Shown here piece after piece: positions 32,501-43,059 of a stretch of DNA of 64,000 bases (the stretch's first letter is position 1; each line of letters starts with the position of its first letter). Source of the stretch: Leptolyngbyaceae cyanobacterium (GTDB taxonomy: Bacteria > Cyanobacteriota > Cyanobacteriia > Phormidesmidales > Phormidesmidaceae). The position numbers were made by a program, and so were the translations under genes. The notes under the pieces are model-generated. The model was not told where the DNA came from. It saw only the letters and a program-made list of their open reading frames with translations, and did not search any database. The stretch spans positions 2,688,001 to 2,752,000 of the forward strand of contig CBDHHL010000032.1 of assembly GCA_965263355.1 (NCBI GenBank). The letters run 5' to 3'.

Positions 32501-34642
32501 GTACTCAGTGGTACAACGTAAGCGGGTACAATCGAGTGGTGATGCCGCAGTACAGCGTTAAGCCATGTGGTCTACTCTCGTGATGCCAGTGGTCTCGCTA
32601 ACCTGTATGTGGATAATCAGCTGGTGGGCACGAATACGATCGATGGTAATTTCTCCAACTGGGATAGTCAGTATGAGTTTGCGCTAGCCAATGAACTCGA
32701 CAGCAGTCGTCCCTGGTTGGGAAGCTATGACTTGCTGGCTATTTACAATCAGGCCCTTGATGCCAGTGAGGTAACTCAAAATTATCTAGCTGGAACCCAG
32801 ATAACTGAGAATGAGCCCCCCACCAATACTGCCCCTGTGGCTGTCAATGACAGCGGCACGCTGCAGGAAGACTCTCAGCTGACCCTCAATGTGTTGGCCA
32901 ATGACAGCGATGTCGATGATGATAGCTTGACCCTTGTGTCAGTGTTGCCTGGTAACAACGGCATCACGTCTATTGAAAGTGGTCAGATTATCTACACACC
33001 AACAGCTAACTTTAGCGGCACTGACAGTTTTGACTATACGGTCTCCGATGGCCAAGGGGGCACTGACACAGCCACTGTGACGATTACGGTGAATGATGTT
33101 AATGATAACCCCATTGCTGGAGATGATACGACCACCACAGACCAAGACTCGAGTCTGTTGGTGCCAGTGTTGGCTAACGACACCGATATCGATGGCGATA
33201 CCCTGACAGTGGTGTCTGCTACAGCGAGTAGTGCTGGCAACACCGCCATTGAGAACAACCAGATTCGCTATACCCCTGACGCTGGGTTTGTCGGTGACGA
33301 CTCGTTTAGCTACACGGTGGAAGATGGTAACGGCGGTAGTGCGACAGCCACCGTCAATATCACGGTGACTGAATCCACTTCGTCGCCTGGAAATACCGCC
33401 CCTGTGGCTGTCAATGACAGCAGTACGCTGCAGGAAGACTCCCAGCTAACACTCAATGTGTTGGCTAATGACAGTGATGCCGATGATGATAGCTTAAGCC
33501 TTGTGTCAGTATTGCCCGGTAACAATGGCACAACCTCTATTGAAGGTGATCAGGTCGTCTACACGCCAACAGCCAACTTTAGCGGCACTGACAGTTTTGA
33601 CTATACGGTCTCCGATGGCCAAGGGGGCACTGACACAGCGACCGTAACAATTACAGTGAATAATGTTAATGATGACCCTGTGGCTGTGGATGATACGGCG
33701 ACCACAGACCAAGACTCTAGTCTGTTGGTGCCGGTGGTAGCTAATGACACCGATGTTGAGGGTGATACGTTAACGATAGTGTCTGCCACTGCAGGTAGTG
33801 CTGGCAGCACCGCCATTGAGAACAACCAGATTCGCTATACCCCTGACGCTGGTTTTGTCGGTGACGACTCGTTTAGCTATACCGTGGAAGATGGTAACGG
33901 CGGTACGGCTACAGCAACTGTCAATGTTACAGTGACTGATACTACGAGTACTGGCCGTGTAAATGAGGGGCTGTTGAGCCTGTATACCTTTGATGAGGGG
34001 CAGGGGAATACCATCTTTGATGTATCCGGTGTAGGCAATCCATTAAATCTTGAAATTGATGACCTCACTGGCATTAACTGGGGTGAGGGTAATTTAGACA
34101 TTACGGCCCCTAACCTAATCGCATCAAATCAAGCGGCGACTAAGCTGATTGATGGCATTACCGCTACCCAAGAGCTGACCATTGAAGCCTGGATTACTCC
34201 AGATAATCTCTCCCAGCGTGGCCCAGCCCGGATTGCGACGCTCTCGTCAAATATTGGTAGTCGCAATGTCACCCTAGGTCAGAATAGAGATGAGTACCAG
34301 GCCCGTTTACGTACTACAACCACCGGTAACAATGGTGTCAACAAGCTAGTGAACTCGAGTGGTGATGCCGTAGATACAGCGTTAAGCCATGTGGTCTACT
34401 CTCGTGATGCCAGTGGTCTCGCTAACCTGTATGTGGATAATCAGCTGGTGGGCACGAATACGATCGATGGTAATTTCTCCAACTGGGATAGTCAGTATGA
34501 GTTTGCGCTAGCCAACGAACTCGATGGCAGTCGCCCCTGGTTGGGAAGCTATGACCTGCTGGCTATTTACAATCAGGCGTTTGATGCTAACGAAGTGGCC
34601 CAGAACTATCTGGCAGGCGCTGATGCAGCCTTTGTTGTTTAG
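26587..34642 (+). CDS. giant FG-GAP/CRTAC1-ASPIC(UnbV) + cadherin-like (PVAVDD) repeats + LamG surface protein; frame broken at ~31430-32570
   Basis: [16 protein letters not shown] repeats, [27 protein letters not shown]-UnbV, 'PVAVND..VLANDSD.D..YTP..F.GTDSF.YTV.DG.GG' repeats, and '[13 protein letters not shown]' LamG domains. ORFs 26515-31455 and 32567-34642 read as parts of one gene. Confidence 0.85.
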
Positions 34643-34674
34643 TGCAAAGGCTTATGGCTGAAAGCTTTTAAGTG

Positions 34675-34716
34675 TTACCCAGGCTGCAAAATGCCTGATT
34701 TTTGCGGCCTGGGTAA
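34675..34716. terminator. bidirectional hairpin terminator
   Basis: TTACCCAGGCTGCAAAA...TTTTGCGGCCTGGGTAA between convergent genes. Confidence 0.65.
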
Positions 34717-34748
34717 TCAATCTCTTGAAGATTTTGTCGAAGAGTCTA

Positions 34749-36431
34749 TTAATCCCTTCGTGTATCAGCCACCCGATAAAGCTTTTTCTCAAATACAGGC
34801 TCTAGAGTAGCGTTGTAACTAGTTTCCAGAAAGGTGAGAAACTCTTGATTAGGAAAATAAACAAATACATCACTGTAGGTTTTCTTTGCTTCAACCAAGT
34901 TAATCTTGGTATTCCACTGGTCTGGTTCTAAATTCTGAATAAGCTGAAAATTTACGTTGTCATTGACTTCATGACTGAGGGCCAGGGCAAAACTATGGGT
35001 AGCCGCACTTACCACTAACGGATTCTCTGATGCATTAATCAAGGGAGCCAACTCTTGATTCACTACACTAGCAGTACGTCCTTCTTCTAGATAGTCCAGG
35101 TCAGCTGCGCGGATAACGGTGATACTCGATATCAAACCACAAGCAAGTAGAACAACAAATACGCCAGTCCAGGTCATTCTCTCCCACCGGTATCTGGAGC
35201 GCTTGATGGCATTGGCTAAAAAAGAGGCCACCACCAACGTAATAAACAATAGGGCCGTTAACAAATATCGCGATCGCAAAGACCGTTCTCCCCCCAGCAA
35301 CAGATCTGGAGGCACCAGTACACCGTAGTTGATAACAATGGGTAAAACCAAAAAACTCCATATACGACCTGGGGTCCAGCGTAGTAAGCAGTAGAATGCC
35401 AGAATAACTAATAGTAAGAATAAAATATCAGCCAATCTCTCAATAGAATTGGCGTGATTTAAGTTTAAGAATAGATCCCCAATCTTATCCCGAGTAAACC
35501 TAATAATTTCTAGCAGGCTAGAATTACGCCTTTGCACACCTTGGGTATTGTCATCAAGCGTATTCAGACTGGAAAAGATAACCCACAGCCAGGGGCCAAA
35601 TGCTAGTATTCCTGCCCCAGTTACACTGCAAAACGCCACCAGTTGTTTACGCTTAAAGACAATGACATACAGACCATGGGCAAGTAAAAGAAAGCCAAAA
35701 AATAGGTGAGAATAAAGCCCCAGGGCTACCGTAATACCATAGGCCAACCAGTTGAGACTCTTTTGTTCTCTCAACGCCCGTAACACAAAGACGCTAGAAG
35801 CCAGTATTGCCAGGGTTAATAGGCTATATTGACGTGCCCCCTGAGATAATAAAATGTGGTAAGGAGAAAGGCTCAATAATCCCACGGCGATCCAACCAGT
35901 CAAGGCTGACTGAAATAGCTCTAAGCAGAGCCAATAGGCCCAGGGTAACGCAAGCACCCCCAAGCATAGGGCTAATACCCTAGCTGATAGAGGATTTTGC
36001 CAGAGTTTGACCCACAACCATGAAATTGCATAGTAACCAGGGGTATGCTCAGGAGACGTTGCTAAGGCGGTTAGGGTGTCACCAAAGGTTTTATTATCAG
36101 AGGGGATTTGATAAGCCTTTAGATCTTGGGTAGTCAGGATTTGACCACGAAAGGCCTCTTTTTTGACTTCTTCTTCGTAATATCCAGAGAGGCGGTAGAA
36201 TCCTCTCACTTCATCGGCATTATACGGTTTAACCGCTAGATAACTGAGGGATAAAATTAGTCGCAGCACAATCAGTGCGATGACAATTCCCTTCAACCAG
36301 GTAGGGACACCATAGATAACAGTTTGAGGAGGGGTCTGTACCTCTTCACTAGCAAACGTAACGAGGCCATGGTTGCCTAGCCTCCATAATATGACTGCAC
36401 CAATAGCAGCAGCGGCGAGTCCTAATAACAT
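34749..36431 (-). CDS. glycosyltransferase family 39 (PMT/ArnT-like, GT-C)
   Basis: DE motif (ADEV), EHTPGYY, LSPYHILLSQGARQYSL, multiple TM helices. Confidence 0.85.
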   Translation of the reverse strand: MLLGLAAAAIGAVILWRLGNHGLVTFASEEVQTPPQTVIYGVPTWLKGIVIALIVLRLILSLSYLAVKPYNADEVRGFYRLSGYYEEEVKKEAFRGQILTTQDLKAYQIPSDNKTFGDTLTALATSPEHTPGYYAISWLWVKLWQNPLSARVLALCLGVLALPWAYWLCLELFQSALTGWIAVGLLSLSPYHILLSQGARQYSLLTLAILASSVFVLRALREQKSLNWLAYGITVALGLYSHLFFGFLLLAHGLYVIVFKRKQLVAFCSVTGAGILAFGPWLWVIFSSLNTLDDNTQGVQRRNSSLLEIIRFTRDKIGDLFLNLNHANSIERLADILFLLLVILAFYCLLRWTPGRIWSFLVLPIVINYGVLVPPDLLLGGERSLRSRYLLTALLFITLVVASFLANAIKRSRYRWERMTWTGVFVVLLACGLISSITVIRAADLDYLEEGRTASVVNQELAPLINASENPLVVSAATHSFALALSHEVNDNVNFQLIQNLEPDQWNTKINLVEAKKTYSDVFVYFPNQEFLTFLETSYNATLEPVFEKKLYRVADTRRD

Positions 36432-36547
36432 TATCCTTACAGTTGAGCAAACACACCCATCGGTTACTCTTTTTACTGTATCAAAGACTCACCACTCACG
36501 TTAGACTGAGGTTTCAACGGTGAACTCAGCCCTAGTGACGAGATGCA

Positions 36548-39500
36548 TTACGGCCTGTACTTATATAAATGGGTTTTTTCTAGCTTTCCGTAGTTCGAGT
36601 CGGAGGGATTGTCAAAGTAGTTCCAAACCCATCGCTGTACTTCAAAGGCCGTTATTTTGTCCCCTGCCTTAGCCTTTTTGTTGTGGACATCACCAAAGGA
36701 CTGGAGTAGGCTATCGCACTTTTTGACCCTTGCGATCGCATCCTGATGACAGTCCCTAAAGGTCAAACGATAGCGCGTATTCATAGGTGGATAGATAAAT
36801 TTATCAGCGCGCTCATGCACCTTATCCCCCGACTCATAGTGGGCAATCAGTTTGTTGTAGCCCACAATACCTGAGGTGTCAGACCCAGAGAACATCTGCA
36901 GTGATGTTAGCGGATAGTACTCCCGATGCTTCACCCAAATAAATGACATCGTAACAATCAACACCGACACCAAAATCGGATACACAAACATCCGTTGGGG
37001 ACGTAGCGACTCCTCTTTGTAAGCCTTCCGCTGGCCAAACTTAAACCAGCCCCGCTTGTGCAACCAACGGCGAATAGCCGTGTAATCGTAAAAGATGAAC
37101 TGCACCAGGACTAAGTCCAAAAAGACAATATTCTGGAGAAAGATAATCCCCACGTGCATTGCCCCCATGGCCGCTGGCATAATCCACCGAGCCCAGCGGA
37201 AGAAGAGCACCAAACCATAGGCCAGCTCACCATAAATGCCCACAAATCCCAAAAAGCCAAACACAATATCCGGCGCATGGACCAAACTGAGGGAAACACT
37301 CCAGTCAGTTTGCAGCGGCTCCAGGGTAGTCGACAGCAATTTAGACTTCAGGTTCTGGGGGGCCCACCAGTAGAACCCAGAGAAGTAAATCTTACTCAGG
37401 CCTGCCTGGATGTAAGAAACCCCCAAAATTAACCAACAGGCATAGCGAGCCCAACCGTAAATCGGCGCAGGTTCATCGGCCACAGGCACGGGCTCACCCC
37501 GCCGCTGCTTTAACCAGCGATCGACCGATAGACCATCATTACACGGGGCAAAGGAGAGCACTGCCAGCAGGTAAACGGGCAGCAGACCTGTATGGTAGAA
37601 CCAGGTGTACTGTCGTACGATGCCGCCTAAAATCAGGTAGAGAAAAGCACCAATGGGCACCACCCAGCGGGTCTTAAAGCCGATTGTGCCAAGAATTAGC
37701 ACCAGAGCCGTTAACCATTCAAACAGCTGCAGACTTGGTTGATGACGGGAAAACGCTTCAAACCCAGGGATATTGTAGAAATAACTCATCACTCCCATGG
37801 GGGTTCGAATCTCCTCCGGCAGCAAAGCACTGCTGGGCAGATCCTCCATGATCAGGGTCATGATCACGAGCGTACCGCAGCAAATAATCCGAATCGCGCC
37901 CAGGGATTCAGGGGTAGCTTCAGGCACAAACCGTCGAGCAAACCAGGGACTGGTAATCAACCAAGAAACCGCCGCAAAGCCCAAACAAATAAAGAACCCA
38001 TTTTCAGCCGACTGTTGAGGTGCCAGCAAGCGTTCAAAGGCCACCCACCCCAGGGCTGCCACCACCCCAGCAATGCAAATCATTAGACGAATGCGGCGGG
38101 TGGGCAGTTGCTCAAACCGAATCCGTCTGAATACAGCAATGGCTGCCGCTATGAGTCCGGCCAACACGCTGAACCCAAAGAGTTTTTTACGGTTCAGGTT
38201 GAGGAACATGCCGACGGTTTCTAGCGTACTCGGGGGTGGAATATCACCGATCTTGAGTCGAGGGATCGACATGACGTCCCAAGTCTCTCCACCATTAATA
38301 GATTTATAGACAATGGCATCAGCGGCTCCAAACGCAAACAGGGTGTTGTCTTCTGCATAATTTGGCGAAAACTGCAGCGCCCGACCGGCACAGGGCACAT
38401 GGGTATACCGAGAAATCGCCAGGTCCGCCGTACCGATGGCCTTAAACGTGTTACCCCCATCCTCACTTTTGAAGACTCCCCGTCCCCGCACACTGGCAAT
38501 AACAGTATTATCGTTCGCGTAGTTAGGGGACACATCAATGGCTTCGATATAGGGAGCATCGCCATAGGCTTTACCCTGTAGCGCTTCCCATGTGTTACCC
38601 CCATCCTCGGTGCGATATAGACCTTTAGCTGAGCCCACAAACAGGGTTTGATCGGCGTCAAAGTTGGGAGAAATGGCAATTTGCCCTGCAGGCAAGTCTT
38701 CTAACTCGGTATTCTCCGTTAACAATGACCACTTTTGGCCCCCATTTTCGCTTTTGTAAACGCCGCGCTCACCCGTATTAAAGAGGGTTTTATCGTTGGC
38801 ATAGTTAGGCGAAATCACCAACGATGGAGAATCATTACCGTGCTGCTTAGCCAACTGGCCGATCTTTTCATATCGCTTACCGCCATCCTGGGAGCGGAAA
38901 ACAATTCCCTTCTGGTTAGTACTAAAAACGGTCTTGTCAGCTTTAAAGTTTGGCGACACCGCCAGACTCACACCACGCACTTCCTGGCTTAGCGGATGGA
39001 CAGACCACTTTTGACCACCATTGGTTGAGCGCAGAACCTTGGTGTAGAGAATCGATGAAAAGAGGGTTTCATCGTTGGCATAGTTGCTAGATAGAGCAAT
39101 ATCAAAGAAGCGGCGAGGATCCTGCTCACTTCTCTCCACATCTAGCGGTTTGAAATCATTGGTAAACAGGGGTAAATGGAGTCCCTGATGGATGCTTTTC
39201 CAGGTACTACCGGCATCGTTACTGATGTAAAGTTCTCCAACATAGGTGGCAACCGCCAGGGTTTGATCCTCGGCAAATGTTGGTGAAACCGCCATGCTGA
39301 TAACAGTCCCCCAGGAGAGCACCTCTAACTCTTCCCACTGTTGCCCTCGATCCTGACTGCGAAACAGGCCATTAAAGCCCCCTAAAAACAACGTCTGATC
39401 CGTTGCATAGGCCGGTGAAACCGCCAGCTCCTCAAAATGAGGCACCTCCATATCATCGGCTTGATTGTCTCGGGTTAAGCCTGTGGCCATCTCTAGCCAA

Positions 39501-40399
39501 GACTTTTCGGCAGGCTCCCACTGCCAGGTCCCCGTTTCCCAGGTCGACAGCAGCAGAGTACCGTCGGGGGTAAAGGCCAAATCTTGACTGTGTAGATCGG
39601 TCAGACCTTCATTGTTGGGAGAGAAGGTTTTTCCATTATCGGTAGATTGATAAACGCCATCTAGCTCGGTGCCGACATAGATCGATGCATCTGGTGCTAT
39701 GGCAATGGTTTCAACAATGCCTGTATCCTTTAGCTGGGCAAGGGATTGCCACGAAACACCATTGTCCTGAGAACGCCAGAGGTTGCCCTGCTCATCCCCA
39801 AGCAGCATAAATTTATTATTGGGGTCAAAGGCCAAATCAGTAGCTGAGACATTTTCCAAAACCGCTGACCATTGATCGCCGCCATCTTCCGTACGATACA
39901 AACGGCCATCACTGGCTTGAGTAAAGGCTATCTGGGCATTACCAGGGGACACCTCAACCCATTGCAGGTCTAGATTCCCTAATCCTGTACTGTATGCCTG
40001 CCAGGTATTACCCCCATCTTTAGAGCCGTAGATACCACCTCCGGTAGTGGCCACATAAAGCACCGACGAATCCGTCGGCGCAATTGCCAGGGCAATCAAC
40101 TCGTCACGGCTGTCCAGACCATTATTCAAACGAAACCAGGTTTCACCCTGGTCCTTAGACCTGAGCAGGTTTTTACGCACTAGCGCATAAACAGTCCCAT
40201 CTTGCTCATATTGGGGCGAGACGACGACTTGTGGTACGACATCATGGGGACGATGGGCATAGGCTGGTGGCATGCCGACATTCCAGGCAAATAGAACCAC
40301 TAATAGAGCTAATACCCAGGAAAATAGTGTTTTCGAAATAGCAAACGACCGGCAATTAACCATCTCTCTAGTAAAAAACTCGTTGTAGATAAATCCCAT
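36548..40399 (-). CDS. BNR/YCF48-type beta-propeller fused to HTTM-like membrane domain
   Basis: Signal peptide (AYA|HRPHD), many SxDGGxTW repeats, then a TM region with GLSVDRWL, YIQAGLSK, MHVGIIFL. Confidence 0.82.
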   Translation of the reverse strand: MGFIYNEFFTREMVNCRSFAISKTLFSWVLALLVVLFAWNVGMPPAYAHRPHDVVPQVVVSPQYEQDGTVYALVRKNLLRSKDQGETWFRLNNGLDSRDELIALAIAPTDSSVLYVATTGGGIYGSKDGGNTWQAYSTGLGNLDLQWVEVSPGNAQIAFTQASDGRLYRTEDGGDQWSAVLENVSATDLAFDPNNKFMLLGDEQGNLWRSQDNGVSWQSLAQLKDTGIVETIAIAPDASIYVGTELDGVYQSTDNGKTFSPNNEGLTDLHSQDLAFTPDGTLLLSTWETGTWQWEPAEKSWLEMATGLTRDNQADDMEVPHFEELAVSPAYATDQTLFLGGFNGLFRSQDRGQQWEELEVLSWGTVISMAVSPTFAEDQTLAVATYVGELYISNDAGSTWKSIHQGLHLPLFTNDFKPLDVERSEQDPRRFFDIALSSNYANDETLFSSILYTKVLRSTNGGQKWSVHPLSQEVRGVSLAVSPNFKADKTVFSTNQKGIVFRSQDGGKRYEKIGQLAKQHGNDSPSLVISPNYANDKTLFNTGERGVYKSENGGQKWSLLTENTELEDLPAGQIAISPNFDADQTLFVGSAKGLYRTEDGGNTWEALQGKAYGDAPYIEAIDVSPNYANDNTVIASVRGRGVFKSEDGGNTFKAIGTADLAISRYTHVPCAGRALQFSPNYAEDNTLFAFGAADAIVYKSINGGETWDVMSIPRLKIGDIPPPSTLETVGMFLNLNRKKLFGFSVLAGLIAAAIAVFRRIRFEQLPTRRIRLMICIAGVVAALGWVAFERLLAPQQSAENGFFICLGFAAVSWLITSPWFARRFVPEATPESLGAIRIICCGTLVIMTLIMEDLPSSALLPEEIRTPMGVMSYFYNIPGFEAFSRHQPSLQLFEWLTALVLILGTIGFKTRWVVPIGAFLYLILGGIVRQYTWFYHTGLLPVYLLAVLSFAPCNDGLSVDRWLKQRRGEPVPVADEPAPIYGWARYACWLILGVSYIQAGLSKIYFSGFYWWAPQNLKSKLLSTTLEPLQTDWSVSLSLVHAPDIVFGFLGFVGIYGELAYGLVLFFRWARWIMPAAMGAMHVGIIFLQNIVFLDLVLVQFIFYDYTAIRRWLHKRGWFKFGQRKAYKEESLRPQRMFVYPILVSVLIVTMSFIWVKHREYYPLTSLQMFSGSDTSGIVGYNKLIAHYESGDKVHERADKFIYPPMNTRYRLTFRDCHQDAIARVKKCDSLLQSFGDVHNKKAKAGDKITAFEVQRWVWNYFDNPSDSNYGKLEKTHLYKYRP

Positions 40400-41039
40400 A
40401 ACATCTCAGACGGAACCTCTGGCGACCCCAGCTACCGACGCCTATGTTTCTCTATACCAAACATAAATAAGAATTCATCGTAAGAACATCAGGAAAAAAT
40501 CCATCAGATATCTGACCATAGGTATTGTTTACCCCACAACCATCTGTGAATTACATCTAGTTCAGTTGAAACTTCACAAAGATGTAGAAGTACTTACATA
40601 CCTGAAGCATACTGCTTCCAGCAGTAACGGGGTCTTACTTACAAATGGATTCACATAAAATTTATATTACCCATAGGATATGAAGCTATTCATTGTGAGA
40701 GCGACATTCCTACTTTTAGGGGGTATCAAGTTATGCCGGGAAATCTCGACTAGGACTGAATTCGGAAGTCAGAATAAGTCCTCTGGACGACTTAACGGTA
40801 CGAAAGTCATAAGGGGAGGGCGTTCCGAACTCCGAATTCCGAATTTCGTAGGGCTTTGCCCTTCTCGCAGAGTACTCTAGATCCCTGGGGAAATCGTCCC
40901 GCTTTATGTTGGTAATCCTTTAAGCATTGCGTCAAGTTCAAAATTTTGGGAAGACGGTGATGGGTAAATCAATATTGATGGTCGTTTTCAGTCGTCTGCG
41001 TCTGTAGCGGAAATACTACAGACGCTTAATCTCTATTAA

Positions 41040-41495
41040 TTAGCTCCATGAGACCGTAAAGTAAATTATATTTTCTTTAGGATCAAGGTCTACGGTTCCA
41101 AAAACAGCTTGGTTGCTGGGGCTGATGGTATAGCGAATTTCGCCGGACTCTAATCGGGTGCCTTGGTCAAAGTTAAGCCCTGGGGAGTCTTGGATCCATG
41201 CTTCTAGAATTGAATGCTCAGCTGTAAATGAACCGCTAAAGGTTCTAGAAAATGAACTGCCAGAGGTCATAATCCGAAAATCTTTAGCGCTTGGCGGGAT
41301 AGGTGCAAAATTTCCCCATTGCCAGGCAACGTCGATCATAGTTTGCTGCATAAACGGGTTATGGTTATCCAGCCAATTAGGGGCGATTAGCCACAGGCTA
41401 CCTACCCCAATCACCATGGCAAGGGTGCCAGCACAGCCTACGCATCCAAGTTTGAGCCCCCGGTTATTTGCTTTTAATTTATTCAGAGCAGTCAT
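41040..41495 (-). CDS. hypothetical membrane-anchored protein
   Basis: 151-aa ORF with GCVGCAG plus hydrophobic anchor. Confidence 0.65.
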   Translation of the reverse strand: MTALNKLKANNRGLKLGCVGCAGTLAMVIGVGSLWLIAPNWLDNHNPFMQQTMIDVAWQWGNFAPIPPSAKDFRIMTSGSSFSRTFSGSFTAEHSILEAWIQDSPGLNFDQGTRLESGEIRYTISPSNQAVFGTVDLDPKENIIYFTVSWS

Positions 41496-41804
41496 GTCCC
41501 TACTGACTAGAGTATCTATTGCTTTTGACGCTATGGTTTATGCTTTGATTCATTTGCGCAACTATTGCAGGGGGCAACTGTATTCTTGGGATGGGCTCTG
41601 GTGGGTTTCGATCACTAGCGCTAACGGTTAACCTGACTTTCAGTCACCCTGCCCAGAAGGGGATTTGCCTTAGATATCATTTGATCCTTGTTATTTAGGG
41701 GCTTTTTAGAGGGGTTATGGCGACAAGTTTTAACTTTAAGCAGTTTATGCTCATTATTCTGATTACGAGCTTATGGATCAATAAAATCGTATGGGATGGA
41801 TTTG

Positions 41805-41885
41805 TTAGGAGATTTTTTTTAGACAGTGTTGATGTTTTTGAATGGGTTTATTAGGAGATTTTTTTAGACAGTGTTGATGTTTTTG
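41805..41885. repeat. direct repeat TTAGGAGATTTTTTTAGACAGTGTTGATGTTTTTG x2
   Basis: Seen at ~41804 and ~41851. Confidence 0.75.
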
Positions 41886-42070
41886 GGTGGGTTGGATATT
41901 GGATATGAAGCCAAAAGTGTTGCTTGGGGTCCCTCTGAGTTCCCCAAACCCCCTTGGCCAGGGCCGGAACGCCGCTCTAGGATCCACCGTATCAGGGTAT
42001 CCCAAATTGCATCAGATAGGGGGGTAAGGGTGGTGCCTTGTGCCCATTCTGAAGTTGAGGTTGAAAAATA

Positions 42071-42155
42071 CCTTTTATCAGGCTGCACCTTTTATAAGGC
42101 TGTACCTTTTATCAGGCTGCACTTTTTATCAGGCTGCACCTTTTATCAGGCTGCA
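42071..42155. repeat. 17-bp tandem repeat CCTTTTATCAGGCTGCA x5
   Basis: Five contiguous near-identical units, no spacers. Confidence 0.85.
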
Positions 42156-42197
42156 GCCTTCAATTAATATCGGGACATTCTAGATTTGATATGTCCC

Positions 42198-42869
42198 ATG
42201 AGTCGTCTGATTAAACACCATCATCAAAAGTATCGTCAGTTACTGATTGTTTTGGCTGTTACTTTTTTGGTGTCGCCTTTTTTAAGGGCGGGTATTGGTA
42301 ATATTCTGTCTATTTCGCTACTGCTATACACCATTATTGTGGTGATCAATAGCTTTGCGTTGCCGAGACGGTTGATGGCGGTGTATGGTGCGATCGCAAT
42401 CACTGCTGTCTGTTTAGAAATTATCGCTAACGTCAGCGAAGTCTCTTATCTAAACCAGCCATTCACCCTGATATCTCAATTTATTTTTGCCATCTTCCTG
42501 GCAGGAGCTGCCTACTGGATTGGACGAGATATTTTCACCACCCCTAATGTAACGATAGATACTGTCCGAGGGGGGATCAGTGTTTATCTTCTAATTGGGT
42601 TTGTTTGGGCGTTACTCTATGGCATTGTTAATACCCTGGATGCCAATGCTTTTTCACAACCCCTGCTTCAAAAAGATTCCTATCTAAGATCAATTCATTT
42701 TAGCTTTACCACCCTGACTACCTTAGGTTATGGCGACATTGTTCCCCTGAGTGAAGTGGCTCAAGTATTAACAAACCTGGAGGCCATTGTTGGTCAAATG
42801 TACTCTTCGATACTAATTGCCATTTTAATCGGCAGCTATCTTGCCCAGCGGTCTAGACAACATCATTAA
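42198..42869 (+). CDS. potassium channel family protein (Ion_trans_2)
   Basis: FSFTTLTTLGYGDIVP selectivity filter. Confidence 0.9.
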   Translation: MSRLIKHHHQKYRQLLIVLAVTFLVSPFLRAGIGNILSISLLLYTIIVVINSFALPRRLMAVYGAIAITAVCLEIIANVSEVSYLNQPFTLISQFIFAIFLAGAAYWIGRDIFTTPNVTIDTVRGGISVYLLIGFVWALLYGIVNTLDANAFSQPLLQKDSYLRSIHFSFTTLTTLGYGDIVPLSEVAQVLTNLEAIVGQMYSSILIAILIGSYLAQRSRQHH

Positions 42870-43059
42870 CCCTAAAGGTAACCCTGCTACAGGGAAAACT
42901 GTGCAACCATTTTCCTCAAAGGCAATAAAGCTTAGATGTTAGACTTTAGCTGTTTGTGCTTTACCTACTTGAATTCAAAAAGTTTATTTGGCAACATTGG
43001 GTAATCTCATTGGGTAACTTCACCCAAGCCTTTCAATTTAACCCCTTACCGTTATCCTT

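Noticed and set aside
27533..34101. repeated small antisense ORFs (e.g. [10 protein letters not shown]...)
   Set aside because: Antisense shadows of the cadherin-like repeats.
42071..42155. CRISPR array
   Set aside because: Contiguous 17-bp units without unique spacers and no cas genes.
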